Of a stretch of 64,000 nt of DNA, positions 45,190 through 57,126 are shown piece after piece. The first letter of the stretch is position 1. Each line of letters starts with the position of its first letter. The notes under the pieces were generated by a model, which was given only the letters and a program-made list of their open reading frames with translations, searched no databases and had not been told where the DNA came from. The position numbers were made by a program, and so were the translations under genes. The DNA is from Scyliorhinus canicula (taxonomy: Eukaryota), in the NCBI RefSeq assembly GCF_902713615.1, contig NW_024055500.1, forward strand, positions 4,700,135-4,764,134, read 5' to 3'.

Positions 45190-47065
45190 TGGGGAGGGTT
45201 AATCTTTTGGGGGGGGGGGGCGAGGTGGGGGGGTTGTTGGATTTCATAGGTGCCTGCGGGATTTGAAGGGGGGGGGCGTGTCTGAATGGTGGGGAGGGTG
45301 TTTCAGGCATCTGGCGAGGGCGTTTGAAGGGCAGAGGGATGGGGATGGAGGAGTGGGGAGGGGGTGCGTTTTCTGGGGGAGGTGCCGAAAGGGCGGGGGA
45401 GGTGGGATAATGGGTGAGGGAGGGGCTTTAGTGTCCGGGGGAATGTGTTAGATGGGTGGGAGAGGGGCTTTGAATGGGTAAGGGGGGGGGGTGAGGTCTG
45501 GGGGAGGGGTTTGTTGTCTGGGTGAAGGACCTGAGGTCGGGGGGGGAGGGGTGTGAGGTCTGGGGGAGGGTTTTGATGTCTGAGGGAGGGGTGTGAGGTC
45601 ATGGGGAGGGGATTGAGGCCTTGGGGAGGGATGGGAGGCCTGGCAGAGGGATCTAACGTGTAGGGAAGTGGTCTGATGTTGGGGGTGTGGTCTAATGTGG
45701 GGGGGGAGGGGTATGAGGTGTGGGGGAGTGGTCTGATGTTAGGGGTGCGGTCTAATGTGACGGGGAGGGGTCTGAGGTCAGGGGTGGGGTCTGAGGTCAG
45801 GGGTGGGGTCGGAGGTGTGGGGGAGGGGTCTGATGTGTGGGGGAAGGGTCTTAGGTATGGGGGAGGGGTCTAAGGTGTGAGGGAGGGGTCTGTGGTGTGG
45901 GGGAGGGGTCTGATGTGTGGTGAAGTGGTCTGGGGTGTGAGGTGTTCGAGTTCTGGGGAGGGGTTTGAGATCTGATGGAGGGGGCTGAAGTCTGGGGGAG
46001 AGGTTCGAAGGCTGGCGGAGGGAGGTCTTATGCCTGGGGGAGGGGCTTGGATGACGGGTAGGTTGTCGGTGGGCGTTTGAAGTGTGACGGAGTGTTTCTC
46101 TGGGTGGGGCAGAAGTTTGAGGTCTGGTGAGAGGGTTTTGTCCGGGGGAGGGAGGGATTTGAGGTCAGAGTGGGTTTCAAGGCCTTGGGGAGGGGCTTGA
46201 GGTCTGGGAGAGTGGTGTGAGGCCTGGGGGAGGGGTTTAACGTCTGGGGGAGGGGTTTGAAATGGAATGAATAAAATGGAAATGGCTTATTGTCACGAGT
46301 AGGCTTCAAATGAAGTGACTGTGAAAAGCCCCTAGTCGCCACATTCCGGTGCCTGTTCGGGGAGGCCGGTACGGGAATTGAACCGTGCTGCTGGCCTGCC
46401 TTGGTCTGCTTTCAAAGCCAGCTATTTAGCCCAGTGTGCTGAACCAGCCCCTGGCTGGGGCCAGTTTGAGGTCTGGGGAGTTGTTTGAGGTCTGGGAGAG
46501 GGGTGTGAGGTCTGGAGGAGGGGTTTGAGGTCTGGAGGAGGGGTTTGAGGTCTGGGGGAGGGGTGTGAGGTCTGGGGGAGGGGTTTGAGGTCTGGGGGAG
46601 GGGCCTGAGGTCGAGGGGAGGGTTTGAGATCTGAGGGAGGGGTTTGAGGTCTGGGGGAGGGGTTTGAGGTCTGGGGGAGGGGCCTGAGGCCTAGGGGAGG
46701 GTTTGAGATCTGAGGGAGGGGTTTGAGGTCTGGGGGAGGGGTTTGAGGTCTGGGAGAAGGGTTTGAAGTCTGGGGGGAGCAGTTTGAGGTCTGGGAGAAG
46801 GTTGGGGTTTGGGGGAGGGGTTTTAGGTCTGGGGCAGGTTTGTGATGGGGGGAGGGATTTGGAGGTTGCGGAGGGTCTTTGGAAAGGCGGGGGTGTGGGT
46901 TTGAAGGGTTGGGACGTGCATTTTGATGAGTGGGGACAGCACTTCGATGGGCCGAGAAGGGGCTTGAAGAATGGGAGTGGGGGGAGGGGGGGGGGGTGCG
47001 GTGTTTGGAATGATGTGGAGTCTGAAGTGTCGGGGAATGTTTGGAAGGATAGTGGAAGGTATGAA
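45190..47065 (+). repeat. G-rich low-complexity tract with a 20-bp unit GAGGTCTGGGGGAGGGGTTT (most regular 46470-46830)
   Basis: Direct reading; interrupted by a SINE. Confidence 0.9.
46262..46452 (-). mobile_element. Short tRNA-derived SINE (about 180 bp)
   Basis: Reverse complement starts GGGGCTGGTTCAGCAC, has the B-box GGTTCAATTCC and an (ATTTT/C)n-like tail; three copies in the window. Confidence 0.83.
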
Positions 47066-47143
47066 AGATGGAGGGTGGGAGGAAATTTAATAGGATCCTG
47101 ATTCTAATTGTCCATCTTTCTCTCACTGTGAACCCTCCCAAAG

Positions 47144-47188
47144 GCTCAGATCCTCCCCCAGACCCCACTCCATTGCTCCAGGTCCCAA
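47144..47188 (+). CDS. Possible small exon k (45 nt, GSDPPPDPTPLLQVP)
   Basis: ctaat branch-like motif, pyrimidine tract and aag| acceptor; donor caa|gtaggc; phase 1-1 fits exon j. No homology seen, and the donor overlaps a SINE-tail remnant. Confidence 0.3.
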
Positions 47189-47254
47189 GTAGGCTTCAAA
47201 GAAGTTCCTGTGAAAAGCCTCCCAGAGGCCAATATCAAATTGGAAAAACATTGG

Positions 47255-47600
47255 GTCATAAGAACATAATTGTGGATAGCACAATTGCTTCACAGCTCCA
47301 GGGTCCCAGGTTCGATTCCGACTTGGGCCACTGTCTGTGTGGAGTCTGCACATCCTCCCCGTGTGTGCGTGGGTTTCCTCCGGGTGCTCCGGGTTCCTCC
47401 CACAGTCCAAAGATGCACAGGTTAGGTGGATTGGCCGTGCTAAATTGCCCTTAGTGTCCAAAATTGCCCTCAGTGTTGGGTGGGGTTACTGGGTTATGGG
47501 GATAAGGTGGAGGTGTTGACCTTGGGTAGGGTGCTCTTTCCAAGAGCCGGTGCAGACTCGATGGGCCGAATGGCCTCCTTCTGCACTGCAAATTCTATGA
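47255..47600 (+). mobile_element. V-SINE/HE1-like SINE
   Basis: B-box GGTTCGATTCC and V-domain core. Confidence 0.87.
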
Positions 47601-47609
47601 TATCTCCAT

Positions 47610-48387
47610 GATAAGAACTAGGAGCAGGAGTCGGCCATCTGGCCCCTCGAGCCTGCTCCACCATTCAATGAGATCATGGCTGATCTTTTGTGGACTCAGC
47701 TCCACTTTCCGGCCCGAACACCATAACCCTTTATTCTTCAAAAAACTATCTATCTTTACCTTAAAAACATTTACTGAAGGAGCCTCAACTGCTTCACTGG
47801 GCAAGGAATTCCATAGATTCACAACCCTTTGGGTGAAGAAATTCCTCCTAAACTCAGTCCTAAATCTACTTCCCCTTATTTTGAGACTATGCCCCCTAGT
47901 TCTGCTTTCACCCGTCAGTGGAAACAAGCTGCCCGCATCTATCCTTTCTATTCCCTTCATGTGTTTCTATAAGATCCCCCTCATCCTTCTAAATTCCAAC
48001 GAGTCCCAGTCTACTCAACCTCTCCTCGTAATCCAACCCCTTCAGCTCTGGGATTAACCTAGTGAATCTCCTCTGCACACCATCCAGCGCCAGTACGCCC
48101 TTTCTCAAGTATGGAGACCAAAACTGAACACAATACTCCAGGTGTGGCCTCACTAACACCTTATACAGTTGTAGCATAACCTCCCTAGTCCTAAACTCCA
48201 TCCCTCTAGCAATGAAGGACAAAATTCCATTCGCCTTATTAATCACCTGCTACACCTGTAAACCAACTTTTTGCGACTCATGCACTAGCACACTCAGGTC
48301 TCTCTGCACAGCAGCATGCTTTAATATTTCATCATTTAAATAATAATGCCGTTTGCTGTTATTCCTACCAAATGGATAACCTCACTT
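47610..48387 (-). mobile_element. CR1-clade LINE 3' fragment
   Basis: KANGILSFIARGMEFRTREVMLQLYKVLVRPHLEYCVQFWSPYLRK and TRGHSLKI..RNFFTQRVVNLWNSLP. Confidence 0.92.
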
Positions 48388-48409
48388 GGAGACTAATAAA
48401 AAATTGGCG

Positions 48410-48592
48410 AAAATGAAAATGAAAATGAAAATCGCTTATTGTCACGAGTAGGCTTCAATGAAGTTACTGTGAAAAGCCCCTAGTCGCCACATTCCGACAC
48501 CTGTTCGGGGAGGCTGGTACGGGAATCGAACCGTGCTGCTGGCCTGCTTGGTCTGCTTTAAAAGCCAGCGATTTAGCCTTGTGAGCTAAACC
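48410..48592 (-). mobile_element. Short tRNA-derived SINE
   Basis: Same family as 46262-46452; (GAAAAT)n tail on the + strand. Confidence 0.83.
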
Positions 48593-49050
48593 AAATCGGG
48601 GTGGGGGAGGGTGGAGCTGAGTCCACAAAAGTGGGGGGGGGGGGGGGTTCATTTAGAGATCGATTGCAAACTGCGAAGTCTGACAATCACTTCAAGACCA
48701 ATTGAAAATTGCGGGTCACTGAGAGTTCAATTGTAATTTGGGAAACTCAGGGGTTACTTCAAGAGCAAATACAGAGAGGCTAAAATTGGGATCACTTGGG
48801 AGCACATCATAAACAGATTCCTTGGAGTCACGTGGAGACCAAGAGGCTAAAATTCGGATTAATTATGAACCCATTGTAAATAGCGAAGTCTCAGGGTCAC
48901 CAATTGTAAGGGGATTAACATTGAAGGTCACTGAGAGATCAATTGTAAATAATGAAACCCCAGGTTCCTAATATCAACAAGGTGGAGGTGGATTAGGCTT
49001 CTTCTGCTCTGTGTAATCGAACTGAAATTAATTTTGTTTGCCTCCTTCAG

Positions 49051-49073
49051 AAGACACATCAACCTCGGAATGA
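49051..49073 (+). CDS. Possible terminal coding exon ((E/K)DTSTSE*)
   Basis: Strong acceptor attttgtttgcctccttcag| in unique sequence; in phase 1 it reaches TGA after 7 residues. No homology support and no nearby AATAAA. Confidence 0.35.
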
Positions 49074-49284
49074 ATCTATCCAATGGTGAATCTACGGAGA
49101 AATCCTAGCCGAACGGGGCGAATGACTCATTTGAGGATTTCACCAGAGATGCAAATACCTCCCACTTCATAGAAATATGATGTGTACATAACAAGCTTGG
49201 TTACCTGGCCAAACTATTTAGAAAGTTGGATTAGGACAGGAATTAATTCAGGACCGTCTGAAGTCAAACCCTCCCTGATCTCCT

Positions 49285-51196
49285 CTCTATTTAACCCCGT
49301 GCTGTACCTGTCCCGGGAGTGTTTGATGGGGGTGTAGAGGGAGCTTTACTCTGTATCTAACCCCGTGCTGTACCTGTCCTGGGAGTGTTTGATGGGGACA
49401 GTGTAGAGGGAGCTTTACTCTGTATCTAACCCCGTGCTGTACCTGTCCTGGGAGTGTTTGATGGGGACAGTGTAGAGGGAGCTTTACTCTGTATCTAACC
49501 CCGTGCTGTACCTGTCCTGGGAGTGTTTGATGGGGACAGTGTAGAGGGAGCTTTACTCTGTATCAAACCCCGTGCTGTCCCTGTCCTGGGAGTGTTTGAT
49601 GGGGACAGTGTAGAGGAAGCTTTACTCTGTATCTAACCCCGTGCTGTACCTGTCCTGGGAGTGTTTGATGGGGACAGTGTAGAGGGAGCTTTACTCTGTA
49701 TCTAACCCCGTGCTGTACCTGTCCTGGGAGTGTTTGATGGGGACAGTGTAGAGGGAGCTTTACTCTGTATCTAACCCCGTGCTGTACCTGTCCTGGGAGT
49801 GTTTGATGGGGACAGTGTTGAGGGAGCTTTACTCTGTATCTAACCCCGTGCTGTACCTGTCCTGGGAGTGTTTGATGGGGACAGTGTAGAGGGAGCTTTA
49901 CTCTGTATCTAACCCCGTGCTGTACCTATCCTGGGAGTGTTTGATGGGGACAGTGTAGAGGGAGCTTTACTCTGTATCTAACCCCGTGCTGTACCTGTCC
50001 TGGGAGTGTTTGATGGGGACAGTGTAGGGGGAGCTTTACTCTGTATCTAACCCCGTGCTGTATCTGTCCTGGGAGTGTTTGATGGGGATAGTGTAGAGGG
50101 AGCTTTACTCTGTATCAAACCCCGTACTGTACCTGTCCTGGGAGTGTTTGATGGGGACAGTTTAGAGGCAGCTTTACCCTGTATCTAACCCCGTGCTGTA
50201 CCTGTCCCTGGGAGTGTTTGATGGGGACAGTGTAGAGGGAGCTTTACTCTGTATCTAACCCCGTGCTGTACCTGTCCTGGGAGTGTTTGATGGGGACAGT
50301 GTAGAGGGAGCTTTACTCTGTATCTAACCCCGTGCTGTACCTGTCCTGGGAGTGTTTGATGGGGACAGTGTAGAGGGAGCTTTACTCTGTATCTAACCCC
50401 GTGCTGTACCTGTCCTGGGAGTGTTTGATGGGGACAGTGTAGAGGCAGCTTTACTCTGTATCTAACCCCGTGCTGTACCTGTCCTGGGAGTGTTTGATGG
50501 GGACAGTGTAGAGGGAGCTTTACTCTGTATCTAACCCCGTGCTGTACCTGTCCTGGGAGTGTTTGATGGGGACAGTGTAGAGGGAGCTTTACTCTGTATC
50601 TAACCCTGTGCTGTACCTGTCCTGGGAGTGTTTGATGGGGACAGTGTAGAGGGAGCTTTACTCTGTATCTAACCCCGTGCTGTACCTGTCCTGGGAATGT
50701 TTGATGGGGACAGTGTAGAGGAAGCGTTACTCTGTATCTAACCCCGTGCTGTACCTGTCCTGGGAGTGTTTGATGGGGACAGTGTAGAGGGAGCTTTACT
50801 CTGTATCTAACCCCGTGCTGTACCTGTCCTGGGAGTGTTTGATGGGGACAGTGTAGAGGGAGCTTTACTCTGTATCTAACCCCATGCTGTACCTGTCCTG
50901 GGAGTGTTTGATGGGGACAGTGTAGAGGGAGCATTACTCTGTATCTAACCCCGTGCTGTACCTGTCCTGGGAGTGTTTGATGGGGACAGTGTAGAGGGAG
51001 CTTTACTCTGTATCTAACCCCGTGCTGTACCTGTTCTGGGAGTGTTTGATGGGGTCAGTGTAGAGGGAGCTTTACTCTGTATCTAACCCCGTGCTGTCCC
51101 TGTCCTGGGAGTGTTTGATGGGGTCAGTGTAGAGGGAGCTTTACTCTGTATCTAACCCCGTGCTGTCCCTGTCCTGGGAGTGTTTGCTGGGGACAG
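49285..51196 (-). repeat. Satellite B, second inverted array, about 27 copies
   Basis: Reverse complement of the 69-bp unit; source of the VRYRVKLPLHCPHQTLPGQVQHG ORF. Confidence 0.98.
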
Positions 51197-51755
51197 CACC
51201 TGGGTGTGATTTTACAGAGTTGGAGCTGTCTGCTGTGGGTTGATGTCTGTCCGTGTCCAATCTCTGTGGGTGTCCGGAATTGAATTTTGGGTTCCCGATT
51301 TCGATCTGTTCTCCTTGCTCCCAATTTGAATTGCCTCAAAACGACCATCCCCCTCTGACCCTCCTGTCCCACCGCATTTCCTGAGCAGAGTATGTTAACC
51401 CTTCAGGATTGGAGAGAGTTTTCAACGGGGCATTGACTGAACGATTTTCTCGATGGTGTAGGGGAGGACTTATTGCCCACTGGAACCGCATTCTAGTTTA
51501 TTAAACTGTGGAAAAAGTTGAATGCTTTGCGTCTGATTATTGTGCGTGTCCGAGAGAAGGAAAACTGCAGCGTTTCTCCATCAGCCGCTGGGTGGGAAGT
51601 CCCGAGGATTTCCCGCGTACAAAGTTTCGCAGTGGGGCTGCTCAAGTTCTAATGTTTGGACTCCGTAGCGGATAGACTAGGCGGTCCCACAGCGGTCATC
51701 TGTCTGGCTCTACCCCCTGTCTGCCGCATCGTCGAGCTCAGTGGCCCCTTTCCCG

Positions 51756-51941
51756 TCACGCCCGAGCTGTCCCCATCGCTTTTTCCAACACTCTGGTGGA
51801 TTGAGCCAGGAGTTTCCTTTGGATGTGAAGTTTATCGATCCCGCAGACCAGCCGCTCCCGCACCGTGTCATCATTCGAGGTCCCGAAATCGCAGTGCTCA
51901 GTGAACTACCCATGCCTGGCGACGAAGGCTGAGAGGGTCCC
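51756..51941 (-). mobile_element. Decayed Ty3/Gypsy LTR-retrotransposon gag fragment
   Basis: My translation GTLSAFVARHG*FTEHCDFGTSNDDTVRERLVCGIDKLHIQRKLLAQSTRVLEKAMGTARA* follows the FVARLR.LAEHC.FG...D...RDRLVCGI....IQR.LL.E..L.L.KA pattern of Gypsy gag; one internal stop; not in the ORF track. Confidence 0.75.
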
Positions 51942-52090
51942 TCACTGTGGAGCGACCTGGCCAAACTATTTTGATGGTTTCCGCCTCTTGTTAGTCCTCC
52001 TTTCATGTTCCATTTACCCCTTCCTTCCCAGCTGTGATCGAACCGTTCACCTCGTCGCGAATGTGGTCGCTCAAGAAAACACTTCCAATA

Positions 52091-52426
52091 GGGCCTCACG
52101 GTAGCATGGTGGTTAGCATCAATGCTTCACAGCTCCAGGGTCCCAGGTTCAATTCCCGGCTGGGTCACTGTCTGTGTGGAGTCTGCACGTCCTCCCCCTG
52201 TGTGTGTGGGTTTCCTCCGGGTGCTGCGGTTTCCTCCCACAGTCCAAAGATGTGCGGGTTAGGTGGATTGGCCATGCTAAATTGCCCGTAGTGTAAGGTT
52301 AATGGGGGGATTGTTGGGTTATGGGTATACGGGTTACGTGGGTTTAAGTAGGGTGATCATTGCTCGGCACAACATCGAGGGCCGAAGGGCCTGTTCTGTG
52401 CTGTACTGTTCTATGTTCTATGTTCT
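52091..52426 (+). mobile_element. V-SINE/HE1-like SINE, full length
   Basis: Same subfamily as 24547-24896, including the (TTCTATG)n tail. Confidence 0.9.
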
Positions 52427-52504
52427 AATAGAGGCAAAGGAGTTTTATTAATAACCCTATTCCCCACAGCCTGATCCCCAAATATAACAACCAGTTAAAC
52501 AATC

Positions 52505-52783
52505 GTGCGCGCGCCGATCGGTGGCCCCTGATCGCGGGCCTGGGCATCGTGGAGGGCCCCCCCACCACTGGAGATTGATCCCCCCCCCCCACCAGGATGG
52601 CAACCGCAGCGCCGAGCTCCCACCGAGCGGAACCATGCGTGAACCACGCCGGCGGGAGCTCAATGGCGGAGAATCACCGGGGGTCGTCTTTCAACGGCTC
52701 CCAACCAGCGCCACGTCGACCACGCTCGCACGACTGGATCCAATTCTCCGGTCGCCGGAGAATCGCGTCCCAGGGTCGGGCCC
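52505..52783 (+). mobile_element. GC/CpG-rich MITE-like element fragment, right part
   Basis: Shared core with 36466-36745; ends ccggagaatcgcgtccc. Confidence 0.55.
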
Positions 52784-53279
52784 AATCGCGGGTCTGAGGC
52801 CCCATTTTCGGCGTGGGGGCTCGGCGAATCCCGGCCTTTAACTCCTCATTGATGCACCCTTTATCTCCAATCAAGCAGAACCCATTACAGGTCAAAAACC
52901 ACCTTTAAATAAAGTTAGAAAACAGGGTTGCTCGCAAGCTTCTGGGTAAAGAGTTCTTTTGAAAGACTTCTTGAAGAGTGAAGGAGATCCTTTCAGTGAA
53001 CAACCCACCGATCCCTGTCCGTCAGATCAATGCGGAAACTGACCGCCTTCTGAAAAAGCTGTACCAAAAACTAAACTACATTGCTGCTCGCTACAGACCT
53101 GGCTCCTCCCATTGCTCATATCATCTTTATCCCACTCAAAACACATGACCCAGTCACTTAAGTTTAAACATTATGGGGGCGATTCAACATCAAAATTTCA
53201 AAGTGTCGTTTTGGGCGCGTTTGACGGGGTGATTTCTGGTGTCTTTTTTGGTACGATCCGCACGGGTACTCAACCACAC

Positions 53280-53878
53280 TGGGTCTGTACTGGTTGGGAG
53301 TTTAGAAAGATGAGGGGGGGGGGTCTTATTGAAACTTACAGGATACTGCGTGGCCTGGATAGAGTGGACGTGGATGTGTCCACTTGTAGGGAAAACTAGA
53401 AGCAGAGGACACCATCTCAGACTGAAGGGACGATCCTTTAAAACAGAGATGAGGAGGAATTTCTTCAGCCAGAGGGTGGGTGAATCTGTGGAACTCTTTG
53501 CCGCAGAAGGCTGTGGAGGCCAAATCTCTGAGATAATAAGAATAATCGCTTATTGTCACAAGTAGGCTTCAAATGAAGTTACTGTGAATAGCCCCTAGTC
53601 GCCACATTCAGGCGCCTGTTCGGGGAGGCCGGTACGGGAATTGAACCCGCGCTGCTGGCCTTGTTCTGCATTACAAGCCAGCCGTTTAGCCCACCCTGCT
53701 AAACCAGCCCAGAGTGTCTCTAATACAGAGATAGATAGGCTTTTGATCAATAAGGGGATCAGGGGGTTATGGGGAGAAGGCAGGAGAATGGGGATGAGAG
53801 AAATATCAGCCATGATTGAATGGTGGAGCAGACTCGATGGGCCGAGTGGCCTATTTCTGCTCCTATGTCTTATGGTCT
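53280..53878 (+). mobile_element. CR1-clade LINE 3' end, split by a SINE insertion
   Basis: LIETYRILRGLDRVD..TRSRGHHLRLKGRSFKTEMRRNFFSQRV; closely similar to 55148-55473. Confidence 0.88.
53535..53710 (-). mobile_element. Short tRNA-derived SINE nested in the LINE
   Basis: Same family as 46262-46452; the LINE sequence resumes after it (agagtgtctctaatacagag). Confidence 0.83.
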
Positions 53879-54399
53879 TCGATATGCACACCTAATCCAT
53901 TATTATAGCAGGTAGATACAATCCAATATATATACCAATGTCTTACATTGATTACAATGGAGACTGCAAATTAACCGGATCGGCAGATGAGGCGAACAGT
54001 CTGGGTTAGTCTGTGTGCAACCACTGTAGTCATGTTTGCGAAGAGTCCTGTCTTGAAATGTGGGGAGCCAAGGGTGTCATTGAACCATTGTAAAATGCTT
54101 GGGCTGATGGAGTTGAGTTTGGATTGAGGGGGATTCCCTGTGGAGTTAATTAGGTTCCAGATGATGTCGTCACTGGGTGGAGCTGAGGAGTCAGTGAGTT
54201 AGGAAAACGCAGTTGAGCCCTAAGCTAAATGAAGCTGTGACTAGAGGTCGAGCAGATTGCTGTCACCAGAGTTCAGTTGAAAGAGATTGACGGTATTTAA
54301 GGCGGTTCAGACTTGTCTGAGTACAAGGTGGAGAGCTGAAACAAAAGGAGAAACAGCTTTCTGAAAACAGTTTCTGCGTTTCTCTGAAGCATGGACCTT

Positions 54400-55473
54400 T
54401 GCCAAAGTGCCCACCAGGAGATGGTTAAATAAGTTAAGAGCCCATGGTGTTCAGGGTAAGATCCTGGCATGGATAGAGGATTGGCTGACTGGCAGAAGGC
54501 AGAGAGTGGGGATAAAGGGGTCTTTTTCAGGATGGCAGCCGGTGACTAGTGGTGTGCCTCAGGGGTCTGTGCTGGGACCACAACTTTTCACAATATACAT
54601 TAATGATCTGGAGGGAGGAACTGAAGGAACTGTTGCTCAGTTTGCAGATGATACAAAGATCTGCAGAGGGACGGGTAGTATTGAGGAAGCAAAGGGGCTG
54701 CAGAAGGATTTGGACAAGCTAGGAGAGCGGGCAATGAAGTGGCAAATGGAATACAATGTGGAAAAGTGTGAGGTTATGCACTTTGGAAGGAGGAATAGAG
54801 GCACAGACTATTTTCTAAATGGGGAAATGCTTCGGAAAGCAGAAGCACAAAGGGACTTGGGAGTCCTTGTTCACGATTCTCTTAAGGTTAACGTGCAGGT
54901 TCAGTCGGCAGTTAGGAAGGCAAATGCAATGTTAGCATTCATGTCGAGAGGGCTAGAGTACAAGACCAGGGATGCACTTCTGAGGCTGTATAAGGCTCTG
55001 GTCAGACCCCATTTGGAGTATTGTGAGCAGTTTTGGGCCCCGTATCTAAGGAAGGACGTGCTGGGGCCTTGGAAAGGGTCCAGAGGGAGGTTCACAAGAA
55101 CGATCCCTGGAATGAAGAGCTTGTCGTATGAGGAACGGTTGAGGACTCTGGGTCTGTACTCGTTGGTGTTAAGAAGGATGAGGGGGGGATCTTATTGAAA
55201 CTTACAGGATACTGCGAGGCCTGGATAGAGAGGACGTGGAGAGGATGTTTCCACTTGTAAGAAAAACTAGAAGCAGAGGATTCACCATCTCAGACTGAAG
55301 GGACGATCCTTTAAAACAGAGATGAGGAGGAATTTCTTCAGCCAGAGGGTGGGTGAATCTGTGGAACTCTTTGCCGCAGGAAGGCTGTGGAGGCCAAATC
55401 ACTGAGTGTCTTTAAGACAGAGATCGATATGTTCTTGATCAATAAGGGGATCAGGGGTTATGGGGAGAAGGCA
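54400..55473 (+). mobile_element. 5'-truncated CR1-clade LINE with the C-terminal half of the reverse transcriptase
   Basis: VTSGVPQGSVLGP.LF.IYINDL, FADDTK and RPHLEYC..FW.PYLRKD motifs; frameshifted downstream. Confidence 0.95.
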
Positions 55474-55589
55474 GTTTGGGAGATGACGCATCCTATCCTG
55501 ATCTGCACCTGTGGGATTAGCAGCCTAACCCTCGGTTATTAAACCCCTTTGTTGGGACAGAAATCCTCCAGGGCATTTCTTGAGCAAAT

Positions 55590-56060
55590 ACACTCTCTCT
55601 CTCTCCCTCTGTTTGCCCATCTCTATCTCCCTGTCTCGCTCGCTCGCTCTCTCCATCACTCCCGCTCAGCCTCTCTCTCTCTGTTTGCCTACCGCTGTCT
55701 TCTTCGCTCTCTGCCTCTCCCTTACTGCTTTTCTCTGCTTATCTCTCTCGGTGTCTCACTCTCTCTCTGTCTGTCTCTGTCTCTTTTTTTCTTGCTCTCT
55801 CCGCTTTCCCCTCTCTCTCTCTCTTTGTCTCACACCCTCTCTCTAGGTCTCCATCTCTATTTCACTCTCTCCGTCCTTTCTCTCTCGTCTCCCAATCACT
55901 GTCTTTCTCTCTGTTTCCCTCCCTTGCTCTCCATCTCACTCTCTCTGCCTGTCTCTCAGTCTTTCCCTCTCTCTGTCCATTTCGCTCTCTGTCTCTTTCT
56001 CTGTCTCTATCGTACACTCTCTCTATCTGTCTCTTTACCTCTTGTTTTGCCTCTTTCTCA
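55590..56060 (+). repeat. (CT)n-rich low-complexity tract
   Basis: Direct reading. Confidence 0.9.
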
Positions 56061-56632
56061 AAGAACATAGAACAAAGAAAAGTACAGCACAGGAACAGGC
56101 CCTTCGGCCCTCCAAACCCGTGCTGACCATGCTGCCCGTCTAAACTAAAATCTTCTCCACTTCCTGGGTCCGTATCCCTCTATTCCCATCCTATTCATGT
56201 ATTTGTCAAGATGCCCCTTAAACGTCACTATCGTCCCGGCTTCCATCACCTCCTCCGGCAGCGAGTTCCAGGCACCCACTACCCTCTGTGTAAAAAACTT
56301 GCCTCATACATCTCCTCTAAACCTTGCCCCTCGCACCTTAAACCTATGCCCCCTAGTAATTGACCCCTCTACCCTGGGGAAAAGTCTCTGACTATCCACT
56401 CTGTCTATGCCCCTCATAATTTTGTAGATCTCTATCAGGTCGCCCCTCAACCTCCGTCGTTCCAGTGAGAACAAGCCGAGTTTATTCAACCACACCTCAT
56501 AGCTAATGCCCTCCATACCAGGCAACATCCTGGTAAATCTCTTCTGCACCCTCTCTAAAGCCTCCACATCCTTCTGGTAGTGTGGCGACCAGAATTGAAC
56601 ACTATACTCCAAGTGTGGCCTAACTAAGGTTC
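56061..56632 (-). mobile_element. CR1-clade LINE 3' end
   Basis: EYSVQFWSPHYQKDVEALERVQKRFTRMLPG...TRGHRFKVRG plus tail. Confidence 0.92.
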
Positions 56633-56834
56633 ACACCAACTCCCTTGACTGCCCCCTTGCTGTATCTGAGTCTCCCTCTCTCTCTCTGCATCTCTTTGTC
56701 GATTCCAAAATCTCTTTGTCGATCTCTCATTTTCTGCTCCTGTTTTCTTTCCATCTCTGTCTCACTCTGCCCCGTTTTGAGGCCTCCTCTCGTCTCTCGA
56801 GCCTGCTATCTGGATTCGTCCCTCTATCCATATA

Positions 56835-57126
56835 ATAATTTTGATTATTGTCACAAGTCGGCTTACATTAACACTGCAATGAAGTAACTGTGAAAAGCCC
56901 CTAGTCGCCACACTCCGGCGCCTGTTCGGGTACACAGAGGGAGAATTCCGAATGTAGAAATCACCTAACAGCACGTCTTTTGGGGCTTGTGGGAGGAAAC
57001 CGGAGCACCCGGATGAAACCCACGCAGACACAGGGAGAACATGCAGCCCCGCACAGACAGTGACCCAAGCTGGGAATCGAAACCGGTTCCCTGGCGCTGT
57101 GAAGCAACAGTGCTAACATGCCACCC
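56835..57126 (-). mobile_element. V-SINE-type SINE with a tail shared with the short SINE family
   Basis: tRNA-like head and V core, then GTGGCGACTAGGGGCTTTTCACAGT..GACTTGTGACAATAA. Confidence 0.82.

Noticed and set aside
50185-50934. 249-aa repetitive ORF (VRYRVKLPLHCPHQTLPGQVQHG)n
   Set aside because: Translation of the 69-bp satellite B; other copies are interrupted by stops.
49204-51972. 16-bp exact match CCTGGCCAAACTATTT at about 49204 and 51957
   Set aside because: A single short match with unrelated flanks; no structure or function can be supported.
52975-53148. Protein-like + frame VKEILSVNNPPIPVRQINAETDRLLKKLYQKLNYIAARYRPG
   Set aside because: Short, preceded by stops, with no recognisable homology; cannot be told from chance without a database search.
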